A DNA stretch of 64,000 bases, from assembly GCA_028279705.1 (NCBI GenBank), contig JANQNF010000005.1, positions 2,688-66,687 of the forward strand, read 5' to 3'. The first letter of the stretch is position 1. Each line of letters opens with the position of its first letter. Both the position numbers and the translations under genes were made by a program. Under the pieces are notes generated by a model that saw nothing but the letters and a program-made list of their open reading frames with translations, was not told the DNA's origin and did not search any database. Of this stretch, positions 17,486 to 26,643 are shown in pieces. The DNA comes from an archaeon. Its GTDB lineage: Archaea; Aenigmatarchaeota; Aenigmatarchaeia; QMZP01; JAFGSV01.

Positions 17486-17640
17486 TATCGCACCTAACGC
17501 TCGCCCCAATTGGCCGATACCTAGTACGCATTTTTCAGAAACGCGATACACGGCCGATGCTGGCCTGCTAATTTCCGATATTTGCATTTAACCCCGTAAT
17601 ACAGGCCAACCAGCCAAAAGCCTAATGGAAGGAAGGAACC

Positions 17641-17931
17641 ATGGAAAGTAGGAAACCCCCTCAGTATGCAGACGTCGTGGAAGATCGACACTTCCAACAT
17701 AAGGGAGTACGGGTGCACGAACTGGTTGTAAACAACTGGTTCAATACTGGTACGTGTATGGTGATCTGGGCTCGTGAGGAGTTTACGCTTACGGAAGTAG
17801 AGCTTCCTGATGGGTCGGTGGTTCCAAACCCTGTAGCGTATAAAGAAATGCTTCTTCCTATGGGAGAACATTCGTTAGAGTTCGCTAAGAATCGTGTGAT
17901 GAATGCTTTCGATGACCATTGGAATCTGTAA
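17641..17931 (+). CDS. Hypothetical protein
   Basis: RBS AAGGAAGG then ATG 17641. 96 aa. Confidence 0.45.
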   Translation: MESRKPPQYADVVEDRHFQHKGVRVHELVVNNWFNTGTCMVIWAREEFTLTEVELPDGSVVPNPVAYKEMLLPMGEHSLEFAKNRVMNAFDDHWNL

Positions 17932-18131
17932 TGAAAAGGTTTGTCCTACAACACAGATACCAAGACGAAGGTTGGCAACGGTTGAACGGGGAAGAGTATG
18001 ATGAGGAAGCTGAAGCCATACTGGTAGCTGCTCAACTCAGTTGTGATGCTATCTGTTACGGAATGGTAAGAGTCGTGGATACTAAACTTCAACAAGTAGT
18101 AACAACATTTAGCGCAGGAGTGTCAGAATGA
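17931..18131 (+). CDS. Hypothetical small protein
   Basis: ATGA overlap with the upstream stop. MKRFVLQHRYQDEGWQ... Confidence 0.4.
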   Translation: MKRFVLQHRYQDEGWQRLNGEEYDEEAEAILVAAQLSCDAICYGMVRVVDTKLQQVVTTFSAGVSE

Positions 18132-18493
18132 ATTTTGAAGCCCATGTACAGAAGCTAAGACAGGATGCTGCCAAGCAGTTCCGTATGACCTACGGTATGA
18201 ACCTTGAGCAGTGGAATACCATGACCTGGGACGAGTGGCACAAGATCCCTGTCTTTGAGGCTATGCGCCTAGTTCCTCTGGGAGGTAGAATCAGGTTCAT
18301 GAATACTGAGTTGGAAGAATTGTCCTACAGCTATGCTGTGGCCAAGGGTGGAGTATTATTGGGGGTAGATATAGAAGCCCGACCAGACCACCTGTTCAGT
18401 GGAGCAGTCAGGGCAAGTGAAGGTGACGTTGATGATGCGGCACGGGAAGCCATAACGACCCTTATAGAACTCGCATACCTACGAGGTAAATAG
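18128..18493 (+). CDS. Hypothetical protein
   Basis: 121 aa; ATGA overlap. Confidence 0.5.
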   Translation: MNFEAHVQKLRQDAAKQFRMTYGMNLEQWNTMTWDEWHKIPVFEAMRLVPLGGRIRFMNTELEELSYSYAVAKGGVLLGVDIEARPDHLFSGAVRASEGDVDDAAREAITTLIELAYLRGK

Positions 18494-18494
18494 A

Positions 18495-18722
18495 ATGAAG
18501 TTAAAGAACCCAATAGGTTCCTTGAGGGATACTGAAGATGTTGTTGGTTATATGAGAGGGTTGAGGGACTTGGCTGTTAACATGACCGACAAAGCAGGTA
18601 TCACTATGGATAATGAAGCAGCAAATCAGAAACAGATTGAATGTGGAATCTGTCATTATTTAGATATCATCGCTGTAGGGATGATCACGATAGTAGAAAA
18701 TCTACCTGAGAAGAAGTCCTAA
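18495..18722 (+). CDS. Hypothetical small protein
   Basis: 75 aa; last gene of the rightward block. Confidence 0.45.
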   Translation: MKLKNPIGSLRDTEDVVGYMRGLRDLAVNMTDKAGITMDNEAANQKQIECGICHYLDIIAVGMITIVENLPEKKS

Positions 18723-18723
18723 A

Positions 18724-18741
18724 GGGGGTATAAATACCCCC
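18724..18741. terminator. Hairpin between convergent gene blocks (candidate bidirectional terminator)
   Basis: GGGGGTA TAAA TACCCCC lies between the 18722 stop (+) and the 18759 stop (-). Confidence 0.45.
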
Positions 18742-18758
18742 TCTAGGAATGGCGTGGG

Positions 18759-19154
18759 TTAGGATTGGCTAGGAGCAGGTTCCGGCGTTTCCGGTTGTGT
18801 CTCCTCCGGTTCGTACTTGGTCAGTTTGGAAAGATCAAACCCTGTGACCATAACAGCATTGTCAGGGATGCCATCCCATTCCAATGGTTGATCAACATTG
18901 TAATAAACTTCACCACCAACCTTAGCCATGTGCTGGTTCTTGCACAGCGCTAACGCTCCGCCTTCACCATCGATGGCTTCTTGGAGCGTCTTGAATCCTT
19001 CTGTGTGGTGCCCTTTGCTTTTCCAGCGCTCGGCATCACCTAGCTGGCCAGACGGGGGCGGTGCTTCCCAAAGCAAGATGGGATGGTACGTATCCTGTGC
19101 TTCATTGTGAAGTATTAGGATAACCGGGTTGTAAGGAATTGTCGGTACTATCAT
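18759..19154 (-). CDS. Hypothetical protein
   Basis: 131 aa; end of the leftward block. Confidence 0.5.
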   Translation of the reverse strand: MIVPTIPYNPVILILHNEAQDTYHPILLWEAPPPSGQLGDAERWKSKGHHTEGFKTLQEAIDGEGGALALCKNQHMAKVGGEVYYNVDQPLEWDGIPDNAVMVTGFDLSKLTKYEPEETQPETPEPAPSQS

Positions 19155-19423
19155 TTCAAATCCTTTGCTCTATAAACTTTGCCTTTGATTTCCAACCGTA
19201 CGATAGCCCGAAGGTTCACGTTACGGTACTCTTGGAGGTCTGTATCCCATACGGTTAACAGATCCTTATCTTCAGGATCATAGGGCTGTCCTTGCCCTGT
19301 GACCCCTTCCTTAACACCAAGCTGGCATGACATCCGTCTAAGCCTCCCGTTGGTGCGTTTTCTAAACGTACATACGAAAGGCTCATTACCAGCTTCCTTC
19401 CTGATAAATTCACCTACGTTCAT
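19151..19423 (-). CDS. Hypothetical protein
   Basis: 90 aa; ATGA overlap. Confidence 0.5.
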   Translation of the reverse strand: MNVGEFIRKEAGNEPFVCTFRKRTNGRLRRMSCQLGVKEGVTGQGQPYDPEDKDLLTVWDTDLQEYRNVNLRAIVRLEIKGKVYRAKDLK

Positions 19424-19425
19424 TT

Positions 19426-19884
19426 CTACCCCTTCGTGTACGAAACTGTATTAGAATAGAAATCCTCACTCCACTCCCAAACGTCGCGGACGAAACATTG
19501 GAATTCTGCAAAAGTCAAAGTCATCGTTTCCTCGACTTCCCACTGGGCGATGTCGATTGCCGCGTCGTACTCCTTGGAGTAGTTCCTCGGAACTGGTAAG
19601 TGGATCACTTCGGATTGGATCAACTCAATATAGTCTGAAGTTTTACTCTCCGGATCAAAGTCCTCGAGGTCGAGTTGAACTTTTTGGAAATTCTTCTCCA
19701 TACGGGCAAGAGCTGTCTCCTTGGCTTTCTGGAGTTTCGCCAATGCCTGTTCCTGGTATCCAGCAAGAGCTTCCTCATACTGCTGAATATGTTTCTCCCG
19801 GTTAGACTTCAATGTTTCGAGAAGCCGCTCTCGGTCAACTTTGACTTCACGTTTTTTCTGGTCTTGTCGTGCTTGGTTAGCCAT
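19426..19884 (-). CDS. Hypothetical coiled-coil protein
   Basis: 152 aa; charged, heptad-rich N-terminus. Confidence 0.5.
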   Translation of the reverse strand: MANQARQDQKKREVKVDRERLLETLKSNREKHIQQYEEALAGYQEQALAKLQKAKETALARMEKNFQKVQLDLEDFDPESKTSDYIELIQSEVIHLPVPRNYSKEYDAAIDIAQWEVEETMTLTFAEFQCFVRDVWEWSEDFYSNTVSYTKG

Positions 19885-19896
19885 CTAAATTCTCCT

Positions 19897-20097
19897 TTAT
19901 CCATTGTATAGTTCTTCCAGCCTTGCTTCAATCAGCTTGGCTAACTTGGTTTGTAGGGCAGCATCCTTAGTATCGCCGTCCCGGTGAGCAAGACCAGCCA
20001 GTTCATAGGCTTGATCCCGCTTACGTCTTAGGCGAACTACGTTGGTTGAGTTCTTAATTTGTTCCTCGTCCATACTACCTCCAAATATTACCATCAA
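19897..20097 (-). CDS. Hypothetical small protein
   Basis: 66 aa. Confidence 0.4.
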   Translation of the reverse strand: MMVIFGGSMDEEQIKNSTNVVRLRRKRDQAYELAGLAHRDGDTKDAALQTKLAKLIEARLEELYNG

Positions 20098-20422
20098 GGA
20101 TTTGATTAATTGTTACCGACGGGGCTTCCATTAACTCCATTGTATGACTGGCCAGACTGCCGTCATTGACAATAGAGCTAATGAACTGGGAAAATGAGGT
20201 TTCACCCCCTGCTGTAGCATCCTTGAACTTCTCGTGTAAGTCTTCCAGGATCTCAGCCCAATTAGCAGTGTCCTCGTCATCAAACTCCTTACCACCGTTA
20301 GTCACAAACTTATTTACTTCTTGCACCATTGTTTGTCTTTCCATTACCGTTGTGTTGTGGATTTGTTTTGTTAGACCGAACCGGTCTGTGTGCTGGCCGA
20401 CGTCACGTTCCGCCTGGGACAT
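20075..20422 (-). CDS. Hypothetical protein
   Basis: 115 aa. Confidence 0.45.
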   Translation of the reverse strand: MSQAERDVGQHTDRFGLTKQIHNTTVMERQTMVQEVNKFVTNGGKEFDDEDTANWAEILEDLHEKFKDATAGGETSFSQFISSIVNDGSLASHTMELMEAPSVTINQILDGNIWR

Positions 20423-20675
20423 GGCCTGCTCGTTGTATCTGCTGCTCCGCCAGTACCTCCACTAAGGCGTTGGCTCCTGCCCAAAAACAATTCCATAGGA
20501 CTTCCTTGCCCTCATCGTCAAGGTACGTCAGCCCCTCATCCTTCAGGTACTGCTCGAAGAATGGGCGCAGGTTCCCGCTACCCGTCTTCGGTGGTTGGGG
20601 TTGTTGATTCTTCATTTTCTTTCTCGCTTTCTTGCTGGTCCCGCATCTCCGATTGAACATTTGTAAACTCCTCAA
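20403..20675 (-). CDS. Hypothetical protein (start uncertain; alternative ATG at 20615)
   Basis: 90-aa ORF; overlaps the upstream ORF in another frame. Confidence 0.35.
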   Translation of the reverse strand: MRSLQMFNRRCGTSKKARKKMKNQQPQPPKTGSGNLRPFFEQYLKDEGLTYLDDEGKEVLWNCFWAGANALVEVLAEQQIQRAGHVPGGT

Positions 20676-20859
20676 TTGAACGTTGAACTTTGGCTCTACA
20701 AGCAGCTTCGTATAAGGTCTTACCTAGTACCTCACCAACGAACCCTCGCGAAGCATCAAAGTCAAGCTTATCAGTTAATACGAAGTCAGAGATTATGAGG
20801 CTGAAGTCCCCTTTGTACTTTCTTCGTAACTCTTCTCCACCAATAGTAGACATGGTCAC
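20578..20859 (-). CDS. Hypothetical acidic protein
   Basis: 93 aa. Confidence 0.4.
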   Translation of the reverse strand: MTMSTIGGEELRRKYKGDFSLIISDFVLTDKLDFDASRGFVGEVLGKTLYEAACRAKVQRSIEEFTNVQSEMRDQQESEKENEESTTPTTEDG

Positions 20860-21065
20860 CTCGGTCTCTTGGGTATAGCGTCTTCCTTAGGATAGACCCC
20901 ATACTTTGCGTAAAACTTCTTTCTGTACTTGTCCCTCCACTCTTCGTCTGTTTCCTTGGCATCGTTTTCTTCCATCCTACGCATACCCATAACAGTACCG
21001 TAGACAACACCACAGAAAACACAGAAGAAGAGGAATACACCAATTACCATATACACCAGGAACAT
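20856..21065 (-). CDS. Hypothetical small membrane protein
   Basis: FLVYMVIGVFLFFCVFCGVVYGTV is a single TM segment. ATGA overlap. Confidence 0.4.
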   Translation of the reverse strand: MFLVYMVIGVFLFFCVFCGVVYGTVMGMRRMEENDAKETDEEWRDKYRKKFYAKYGVYPKEDAIPKRPR

Positions 21066-21110
21066 TGTTATCTCCTCATGTAACTGACCAGCATAGCGGT
21101 GAAGATAATA

Positions 21111-21653
21111 CTACCCCCCGCTAGGATCAGAAGTACCAGAACGATCATCTTCAGTTCTCCCACTTAATTCGCCGACAACAAGATCCCACAGAGTGGTATC
21201 CCACTCATCCATGACATCATGGGCCAGATCGTTAAGCAGCTTTCCGCGCTGCTCACGGTCCGGGTGTTCTACATTGTTGGCAACGTTGTTGATACACAGT
21301 TGCAGTTCCTTACTCGGTGTCCAAGGACGTTTGAGGCTTTGCTTGATATCAAACTCCTGCACAATTAACATCACCATCGTCTGATAGGTGATCTCAATAC
21401 GCTCGTCAAGCCATGCCCAACGTTTCGCCTGTTTAACCAGAGCCTGTAGGAACTCCGTTTCGGCAGTTTCTTCAATGTAACCTAATAGCTTATCGAAGAT
21501 ACCAGCGACATCCCTGTCGTTAAGTAACTGATCCCACTCCTTAGGATCATCCACAAAGCTGGCCAACCATTCGGCGACCAGCTCACTTTCGGGGTTGTGG
21601 CCTTGAGCAGGACCACAACTAGGACAGTTCGTATCTCCACACATGCAAGGCAT
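21111..21653 (-). CDS. Hypothetical protein with N-terminal Cys cluster
   Basis: MPCMCGDTNCPSCGP. ATG at 21653 is preferred over the GTG at 21656. Confidence 0.5.
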   Translation of the reverse strand: MPCMCGDTNCPSCGPAQGHNPESELVAEWLASFVDDPKEWDQLLNDRDVAGIFDKLLGYIEETAETEFLQALVKQAKRWAWLDERIEITYQTMVMLIVQEFDIKQSLKRPWTPSKELQLCINNVANNVEHPDREQRGKLLNDLAHDVMDEWDTTLWDLVVGELSGRTEDDRSGTSDPSGG

Positions 21654-21656
21654 CAC

Positions 21657-21826
21657 TCATCCTCCTGTACTGTTTGAAACTCAGCAACCAACCGATTGCA
21701 CTCAGGTAGGAAACAGAATAGCTTCAGTATCCCACCCTCATGCATCTCGGCACGTAACGGAGCAGATGTGTGGCAGACTGACCTGAGATGTGCAGGAAAG
21801 TCACCACACAGTTCACAACCATCCAT
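21657..21826 (-). CDS. Small Cys-rich (zinc-ribbon-like) protein, absent from the ORF track
   Basis: 56-aa ORF MDGCELCGD...CFLPEC. Its ATG overlaps the upstream TGA (ATGA). RBS AGGAGG of the next gene lies at its 3' end. Confidence 0.35.
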
Positions 21827-22140
21827 CAATTGAACTCCTTCATGTCAATGGCTGACCCGTCAAAGTCGCTATCAACCTCAAGCAACTTGTGGGTCAAGCC
21901 TGCTATGAAACGGAGGCCAGCGTCAGTGATCTTTTGTGGACCAATGTGGGAAACCAGGACCGATGCTACAAACGATTCCAACAGCAGCATCTGTTCACCT
22001 AGTTCCCAGTCCTTGAACTCACCTTGCCGAACCTCATCAAGCCATGCCCTAACCTTGGGGATCAGGAACTCGTTGGCTTGCCGTGATCTTTCTTTACCTA
22101 TGCTTCCGTCTCTTTCCATTATTCTTCTCCTTTCGACCAA
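21826..22140 (-). CDS. Hypothetical protein
   Basis: 104 aa. Confidence 0.45.
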   Translation of the reverse strand: MVERRRIMERDGSIGKERSRQANEFLIPKVRAWLDEVRQGEFKDWELGEQMLLLESFVASVLVSHIGPQKITDAGLRFIAGLTHKLLEVDSDFDGSAIDMKEFN

Positions 22141-22934
22141 GTTGCTTCGTAGTCTTCTTCAGTGATACGCATGTTCTCGATGACCTCACCGTCCATCCAA
22201 GCATTCCAGGACTTCAGGAACCAATAGATCATTGTTGTAGATGTTACCTTCTCCTTAGCATTCTTGTTCTTAATCAATCTTTCACGGAGAAGGTAAATAG
22301 GTGAAGCTTTCTTCAGGTTGTCCCCCTTCAGTACTCCATGGTAAAACTCGTCAGCGAAGTCCCTGTCAATTCTTCGGCAGATAAGATACATACCTGCCAT
22401 GAGGCCTGGAGGACCCACTGAATTGTTAGCACACGCTGATGCTACAAACTTGACATCGCTCTTCATACGTCGGTACACCTTCAGTCCTTCAGTCAAGGAA
22501 ACCTTCTGTCTGCTGGCTTCCCCGGTTGCACCTTTGTGATACCGTGAATAGTTGTTCACCGCAGCAGCAGCGATAGCCCAATTAGAAACACCTTCAATGG
22601 CCAAGGCATCGGCAAGTGTTCTTCCCTTACCTTGGTCTAGTGAACGGAACGCATCAGGGTGAACGTTGTAGGCTGTGAAGAACGTCAACGGCTTACCAAG
22701 GGCAATCAGCATACCTAGTCGGTGCTGACCATCCACCAAGTTCCCTTCAGCATCAAACTTGAGGGTATCCCCATTGTCTTCTACCCACTCACCAGCACGG
22801 TAGTCTTTCACCAACGTAATAACCCATTTCTCCTTATAGGGTCGATTACAGTGATTGCGGTTGGCGAGGATATCCTTTGCCTCGCTTACGGTGTAGCGAA
22901 CTTTCTTCGCGTTGAGTTTACTACTCATCTTCAA
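22119..22934 (-). CDS. ParB/sulfiredoxin-superfamily protein with DGQHR motif (DndB-like / ParB-like nuclease domain)
   Basis: The LVDGQHRLGMLIA motif is characteristic of DGQHR/ParB-N-terminal domain proteins. 271 aa. Confidence 0.55.
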   Translation of the reverse strand: MKMSSKLNAKKVRYTVSEAKDILANRNHCNRPYKEKWVITLVKDYRAGEWVEDNGDTLKFDAEGNLVDGQHRLGMLIALGKPLTFFTAYNVHPDAFRSLDQGKGRTLADALAIEGVSNWAIAAAAVNNYSRYHKGATGEASRQKVSLTEGLKVYRRMKSDVKFVASACANNSVGPPGLMAGMYLICRRIDRDFADEFYHGVLKGDNLKKASPIYLLRERLIKNKNAKEKVTSTTMIYWFLKSWNAWMDGEVIENMRITEEDYEATWSKGEE

Positions 22935-23340
22935 ACCTCATAAGAGTAACGATTTCGTTTTCAACAATGGACCCCCAACCAAGCTTCTTAATAGAAACCA
23001 GTTCGTGAGCCCGAGCAACCCACTGTCCGTGTCCTTGAACAGCAGCGTCTCGGTTTTCGTAGCGTTGAACAGGATGAGCACCCTGCTTATCCACAATTGC
23101 AGTTTCGTACCCAACGTCGCTTGTAAGAACTGTTGAGACAACCAACCCTGAGGTAACGTCCTTCCCAACAACTTCCTTAGGACCCTGCAACATACGTTCC
23201 GATGTGTCTAGTAGCATCTCTAGACCCTCTTCAAACACAGTCCTATGCTCCTCTTCTGTTAGGTTTTCCTTTTTAGCTAGGTTCCCGTAGCTTTCTTCAT
23301 CCTTACGTTTACCTGACATAGACAAGCTCCTGTATTGCAC
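22921..23340 (-). CDS. Hypothetical protein
   Basis: 139 aa; acidic N-terminus. Confidence 0.45.
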   Translation of the reverse strand: MQYRSLSMSGKRKDEESYGNLAKKENLTEEEHRTVFEEGLEMLLDTSERMLQGPKEVVGKDVTSGLVVSTVLTSDVGYETAIVDKQGAHPVQRYENRDAAVQGHGQWVARAHELVSIKKLGWGSIVENEIVTLMRFEDE

Positions 23341-25168
23341 GGGTTCGTGCTACGTAAATAAGGTTCATCTCCTGTTCTTTCTGCCAGTCACTGGAAGCCA
23401 TTGGATGAGGCATCTCGGCACCTTTCGGTTCCAAGATAAATACCCTGTCCGCTTCCAACCCCTTAGCACGGTGAACACTACTCAACCGTATGCCATCAGT
23501 TTCATCAGTGAAAATAGCGTGAATGCTATCAATCACTTCCTGTATGCTGTTTACATCCCTGCAAAACACCAACAGACACTGATATCTATCCTGTAAGGAA
23601 ATCAACCGAGATTCCCTTGGAGTCTTACGTTCGTTTTCAGCCTTGACCTCAGCTTCGTACCATTCCTTGGCACGTACCTTGAGATCACCAACTCCTAGAG
23701 GTCTAAGGCTTTTCACTAGGTTAACCAAGCCATCACCGATATCCCTACCGATAATCCTGGCCTTTCGCTTCGCCCTAATAAACCTCAAGCACTGGCTGAC
23801 CAGTGGAGCATTCACCCTACTAAGGATCATGTCCTCCGGTCCAACGTTGCGGTGATACCTGTCCCCGTCGTACACATCCCCTGTAACGTTGCCTTCATGC
23901 GCATCCGGCATAGCATGAAAGTCTGGGACGATGTGAACTACTTCGCCCACGATACGCTTCCCACATCTGCGGGTAACGTTGAGCGGCAACACTTCACAAC
24001 CACGGTCGGTGGTTTCCAAGTAGCTTTGCATCCGCGGGATACTGGTAACGTCAGCACCAGCAAATCCATAGATGGCTTGCTTAGGATCACCACACAGGAT
24101 CAACCTTCGGCCTGCACGCTTGGCCAACTCCTGTTGGCACCGGTTCAGGTCTTGGGCTTCATCCACCAATAACAGGTCGAACGGATTAATCTTAAGATCC
24201 AGTACCACTGGTAACCAGATCATATCGTTGTAATCCATACGACCGTCAGCAGGATTCTTACACCGCTCAAGGATAATTGGCACCAACTCGTAGATGTCCC
24301 TTCGGTACTTACCGAGGTCCACATCGTAGTGAGCCACCAAGTTATCCAGCGCTGTGTAGAACGCTGGTGAAGTATAGTCAACCAAGTTCAGTTTACACAA
24401 CCGAACCAAGGATTCCGTACCTGTAACCAGATCGGGCTTACTACGGCGAAGGATGCGGATATCTTCTTCTAGCTCTTCGCTAATAAAATCCGCAACCCTA
24501 CCATTGTCAAGTTCCAACTGGCCAAAGGCTTTGACAATCGCCCTACGTCCAAGACTGTGCATGGTCATCGCAGCGCAGTTCTTCGGCACCTTGGCTTTCA
24601 ACTCCATAGCCACCGATTTGTTAAACGCCACGAACCCGGCACTACTAGACGCGGGCGACTTACACATTTCCTCCCAGATAGCAGCTTGCTGATCACTCGG
24701 AGTAATGCTGACAGGAAAGCCTTTCACCTTCTTCAACCCTTCGATGAGGGTAGTTGTTTTCCCCGTACCTGCACGGGCAACAACGATAAGGTGTGAGGCA
24801 TCATCCTTCTTCTGTTGACTGGCTTTCAGGTTAGCCAGCCATCTACTGTTAACATCCTCAACGTCCTCTTGAGTCATGTTAGCAGGTCTTTCCACAACAG
24901 GTTCTTCTTCCTTGTATACCTGCGAAAGGAGCAAGTCAACCACCTGATCCTTAAGTAGCCTGCCAGCACCACGAATACCGTGGAACGATACCAGCTTCTT
25001 AAGGTCCGCAGCAGTCTGCAATTCCAAGTACTCCTGAAGCTCGGCACGATTGGTAATCGTTTCGATGACCTCGTGGAGCTTCCTGCTCGCTGTGTGGCTC
25101 CTTACTCTTTGGATCTGCTTGGCCATTCGGTACCTCCTTTCTCCCCAAGAGCCTTGACGACTTGCCAC
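23309..25168 (-). CDS. UvrD/Rep-family SF1 DNA helicase
   Basis: Motifs I VVARAGTGKTTTL, II LLVDEAQD, III LCGDPKQAIYGFAGA, V HRAKGLEADRVFIL and VI YVARTRA. Confidence 0.85.
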   Translation of the reverse strand: MASRQGSWGERRYRMAKQIQRVRSHTASRKLHEVIETITNRAELQEYLELQTAADLKKLVSFHGIRGAGRLLKDQVVDLLLSQVYKEEEPVVERPANMTQEDVEDVNSRWLANLKASQQKKDDASHLIVVARAGTGKTTTLIEGLKKVKGFPVSITPSDQQAAIWEEMCKSPASSSAGFVAFNKSVAMELKAKVPKNCAAMTMHSLGRRAIVKAFGQLELDNGRVADFISEELEEDIRILRRSKPDLVTGTESLVRLCKLNLVDYTSPAFYTALDNLVAHYDVDLGKYRRDIYELVPIILERCKNPADGRMDYNDMIWLPVVLDLKINPFDLLLVDEAQDLNRCQQELAKRAGRRLILCGDPKQAIYGFAGADVTSIPRMQSYLETTDRGCEVLPLNVTRRCGKRIVGEVVHIVPDFHAMPDAHEGNVTGDVYDGDRYHRNVGPEDMILSRVNAPLVSQCLRFIRAKRKARIIGRDIGDGLVNLVKSLRPLGVGDLKVRAKEWYEAEVKAENERKTPRESRLISLQDRYQCLLVFCRDVNSIQEVIDSIHAIFTDETDGIRLSSVHRAKGLEADRVFILEPKGAEMPHPMASSDWQKEQEMNLIYVARTRAIQELVYVR

Positions 25169-25329
25169 AAACTGTCGAGAACACCAAGCATCCTTTTCTG
25201 TCTTTGGGTGTTCTCTACATCATTGTCTATAGCTTCCACATTAGCCCGCAAGGTATCTATGTCCCTGCGAGCGAAAGTCATGAGTTCCAACCCTTCCTTT
25301 TGCAGAAGCTCCTCTTTACGTTGATTCAT
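25102..25329 (-). CDS. Hypothetical small protein
   Basis: 75-aa ORF; overlaps the helicase 5' end by 66 nt; start uncertain. Confidence 0.3.
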   Translation of the reverse strand: MNQRKEELLQKEGLELMTFARRDIDTLRANVEAIDNDVENTQRQKRMLGVLDSLWQVVKALGEKGGTEWPSRSKE

Positions 25330-25646
25330 CGTATTCTAAACTCCTCTCCTTGTCTGGTGTCAAACAGTTCATAACACACCCAACAGGTCACGATGAGACA
25401 TGGTACTCCTCCGGGTATGATCATCACCACCCAACAGACGTACTTGAGCGGTATCTCAATCCATGTCTCATCGTAGTTAAGATGGACAAGGTTCCAGGCT
25501 GTGATGCCCAGAAAGATGGTGAACAAGCCAGCAAACAACAGGACAGAGTTAATCGCTATCCATTTGTAGTTGAACGGCTTGCCCGGTATCATTGACTTAT
25601 ACGTCATTACTCCTCTCCTAACGTGTTTGTAACCAAGGTTCAGCAA
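25326..25646 (-). CDS. Hypothetical membrane protein
   Basis: Two hydrophobic segments (AINSVLLFAGLFTIFLGI; VCWVVMIIPGGVPCLIV). Confidence 0.4.
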   Translation of the reverse strand: MLNLGYKHVRRGVMTYKSMIPGKPFNYKWIAINSVLLFAGLFTIFLGITAWNLVHLNYDETWIEIPLKYVCWVVMIIPGGVPCLIVTCWVCYELFDTRQGEEFRIR

Positions 25647-26643
25647 CAGTCTTCACGTAGTACGGTGCTTGGATCTTAATTCCGTTGAACTCGTACTCGT
25701 GTTCAGTCAGCGGCACGCTTCCATCATAATACTTGGCCAACGTCACATCGGTCAAGTCATCGATCTGGAAGTATCCACGACGCATCCACGGACAGTAGTG
25801 GTGATGAGTATGCTTCGCTGGAAGCGTACGATACCGTAACTTGAACGGGTTGCTAGGATCGCCTGGGACCGGGTGTTCAAAGGTAATGAACACGAACGGG
25901 TCTTTCGGTAGGTACAGCATATCCAACTCTTGCCGTGCTTTCACTCCGGCAAAGTAGATAGCCATCATTTCCAACCAATCTTCTCCGGGGTAGATCTTGG
26001 AGTACAGACTGGTATAGTGTTTGATCTGGTCCTCAGTAAACGGCTTCCAGATCAACTGGTTGTGCTGTTCACCCTGTAACAGATCCTTCATTGGACCTAC
26101 TCGTGCCGAGGCAGTACGGTAGAACTGAGTAAGATCATCACCGTAGTCCCCTTCGAAACATACGTACGAATCCTCAAGCATGGTTTCCACCAATACTCTT
26201 AAGGACAGCGCGTAGTGCTCCACGGCTTCTACCTCCGCTTCCATCAAATCCTTTTGGCCTCGGCCGAACAACCACACATCAGCTAGGTTCTCAGCACGGA
26301 ACGTGAACTCCGCCCTTACACCGTAGTCAGCCAGTGTTTGCTGGAGACACTGTAATTGACGAACGGCGAAGAACTCCAACAGGTCGATACCAGCACCTTC
26401 CTCTTGCTTGCGTGCTGCAAACGGAACAAAGAACCGTATGACCTCGTCGTTATCACGGATCACGTTTCTAATTTGTACCTGTACCTCCGGGACAGGCATC
26501 GGGCCGAACCGACGTTGCTTGGTTCCAATGATTTCCCCTGCGATGGCATCAAGCCGAACAGAGGTCTTCACCCCACTAACGGGGAACGCGCTGTATAGCG
26601 CCTGATCAACTAGATCCTCATAGGTACTACCCATTGTTCTCAC
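25618..26643 (-). CDS. Hypothetical protein, 341 aa (largest unknown in the early block)
   Basis: Long ORF with no recognisable motif; His cluster HTHHHYCPW near the C-terminus. Confidence 0.55.
   Translation of the reverse strand: MRTMGSTYEDLVDQALYSAFPVSGVKTSVRLDAIAGEIIGTKQRRFGPMPVPEVQVQIRNVIRDNDEVIRFFVPFAARKQEEGAGIDLLEFFAVRQLQCLQQTLADYGVRAEFTFRAENLADVWLFGRGQKDLMEAEVEAVEHYALSLRVLVETMLEDSYVCFEGDYGDDLTQFYRTASARVGPMKDLLQGEQHNQLIWKPFTEDQIKHYTSLYSKIYPGEDWLEMMAIYFAGVKARQELDMLYLPKDPFVFITFEHPVPGDPSNPFKLRYRTLPAKHTHHHYCPWMRRGYFQIDDLTDVTLAKYYDGSVPLTEHEYEFNGIKIQAPYYVKTVAEPWLQTR

Noticed and set aside
17184-17591. ORFs 17184..17591, 17212..17571 and 17315..17587 in the ORF track
   Set aside because: They lie in the G/C-hairpin and motif island, have no RBS, have Pro/Gly/Arg-biased composition typical of GC-rich non-coding DNA, and overlap each other in three frames.
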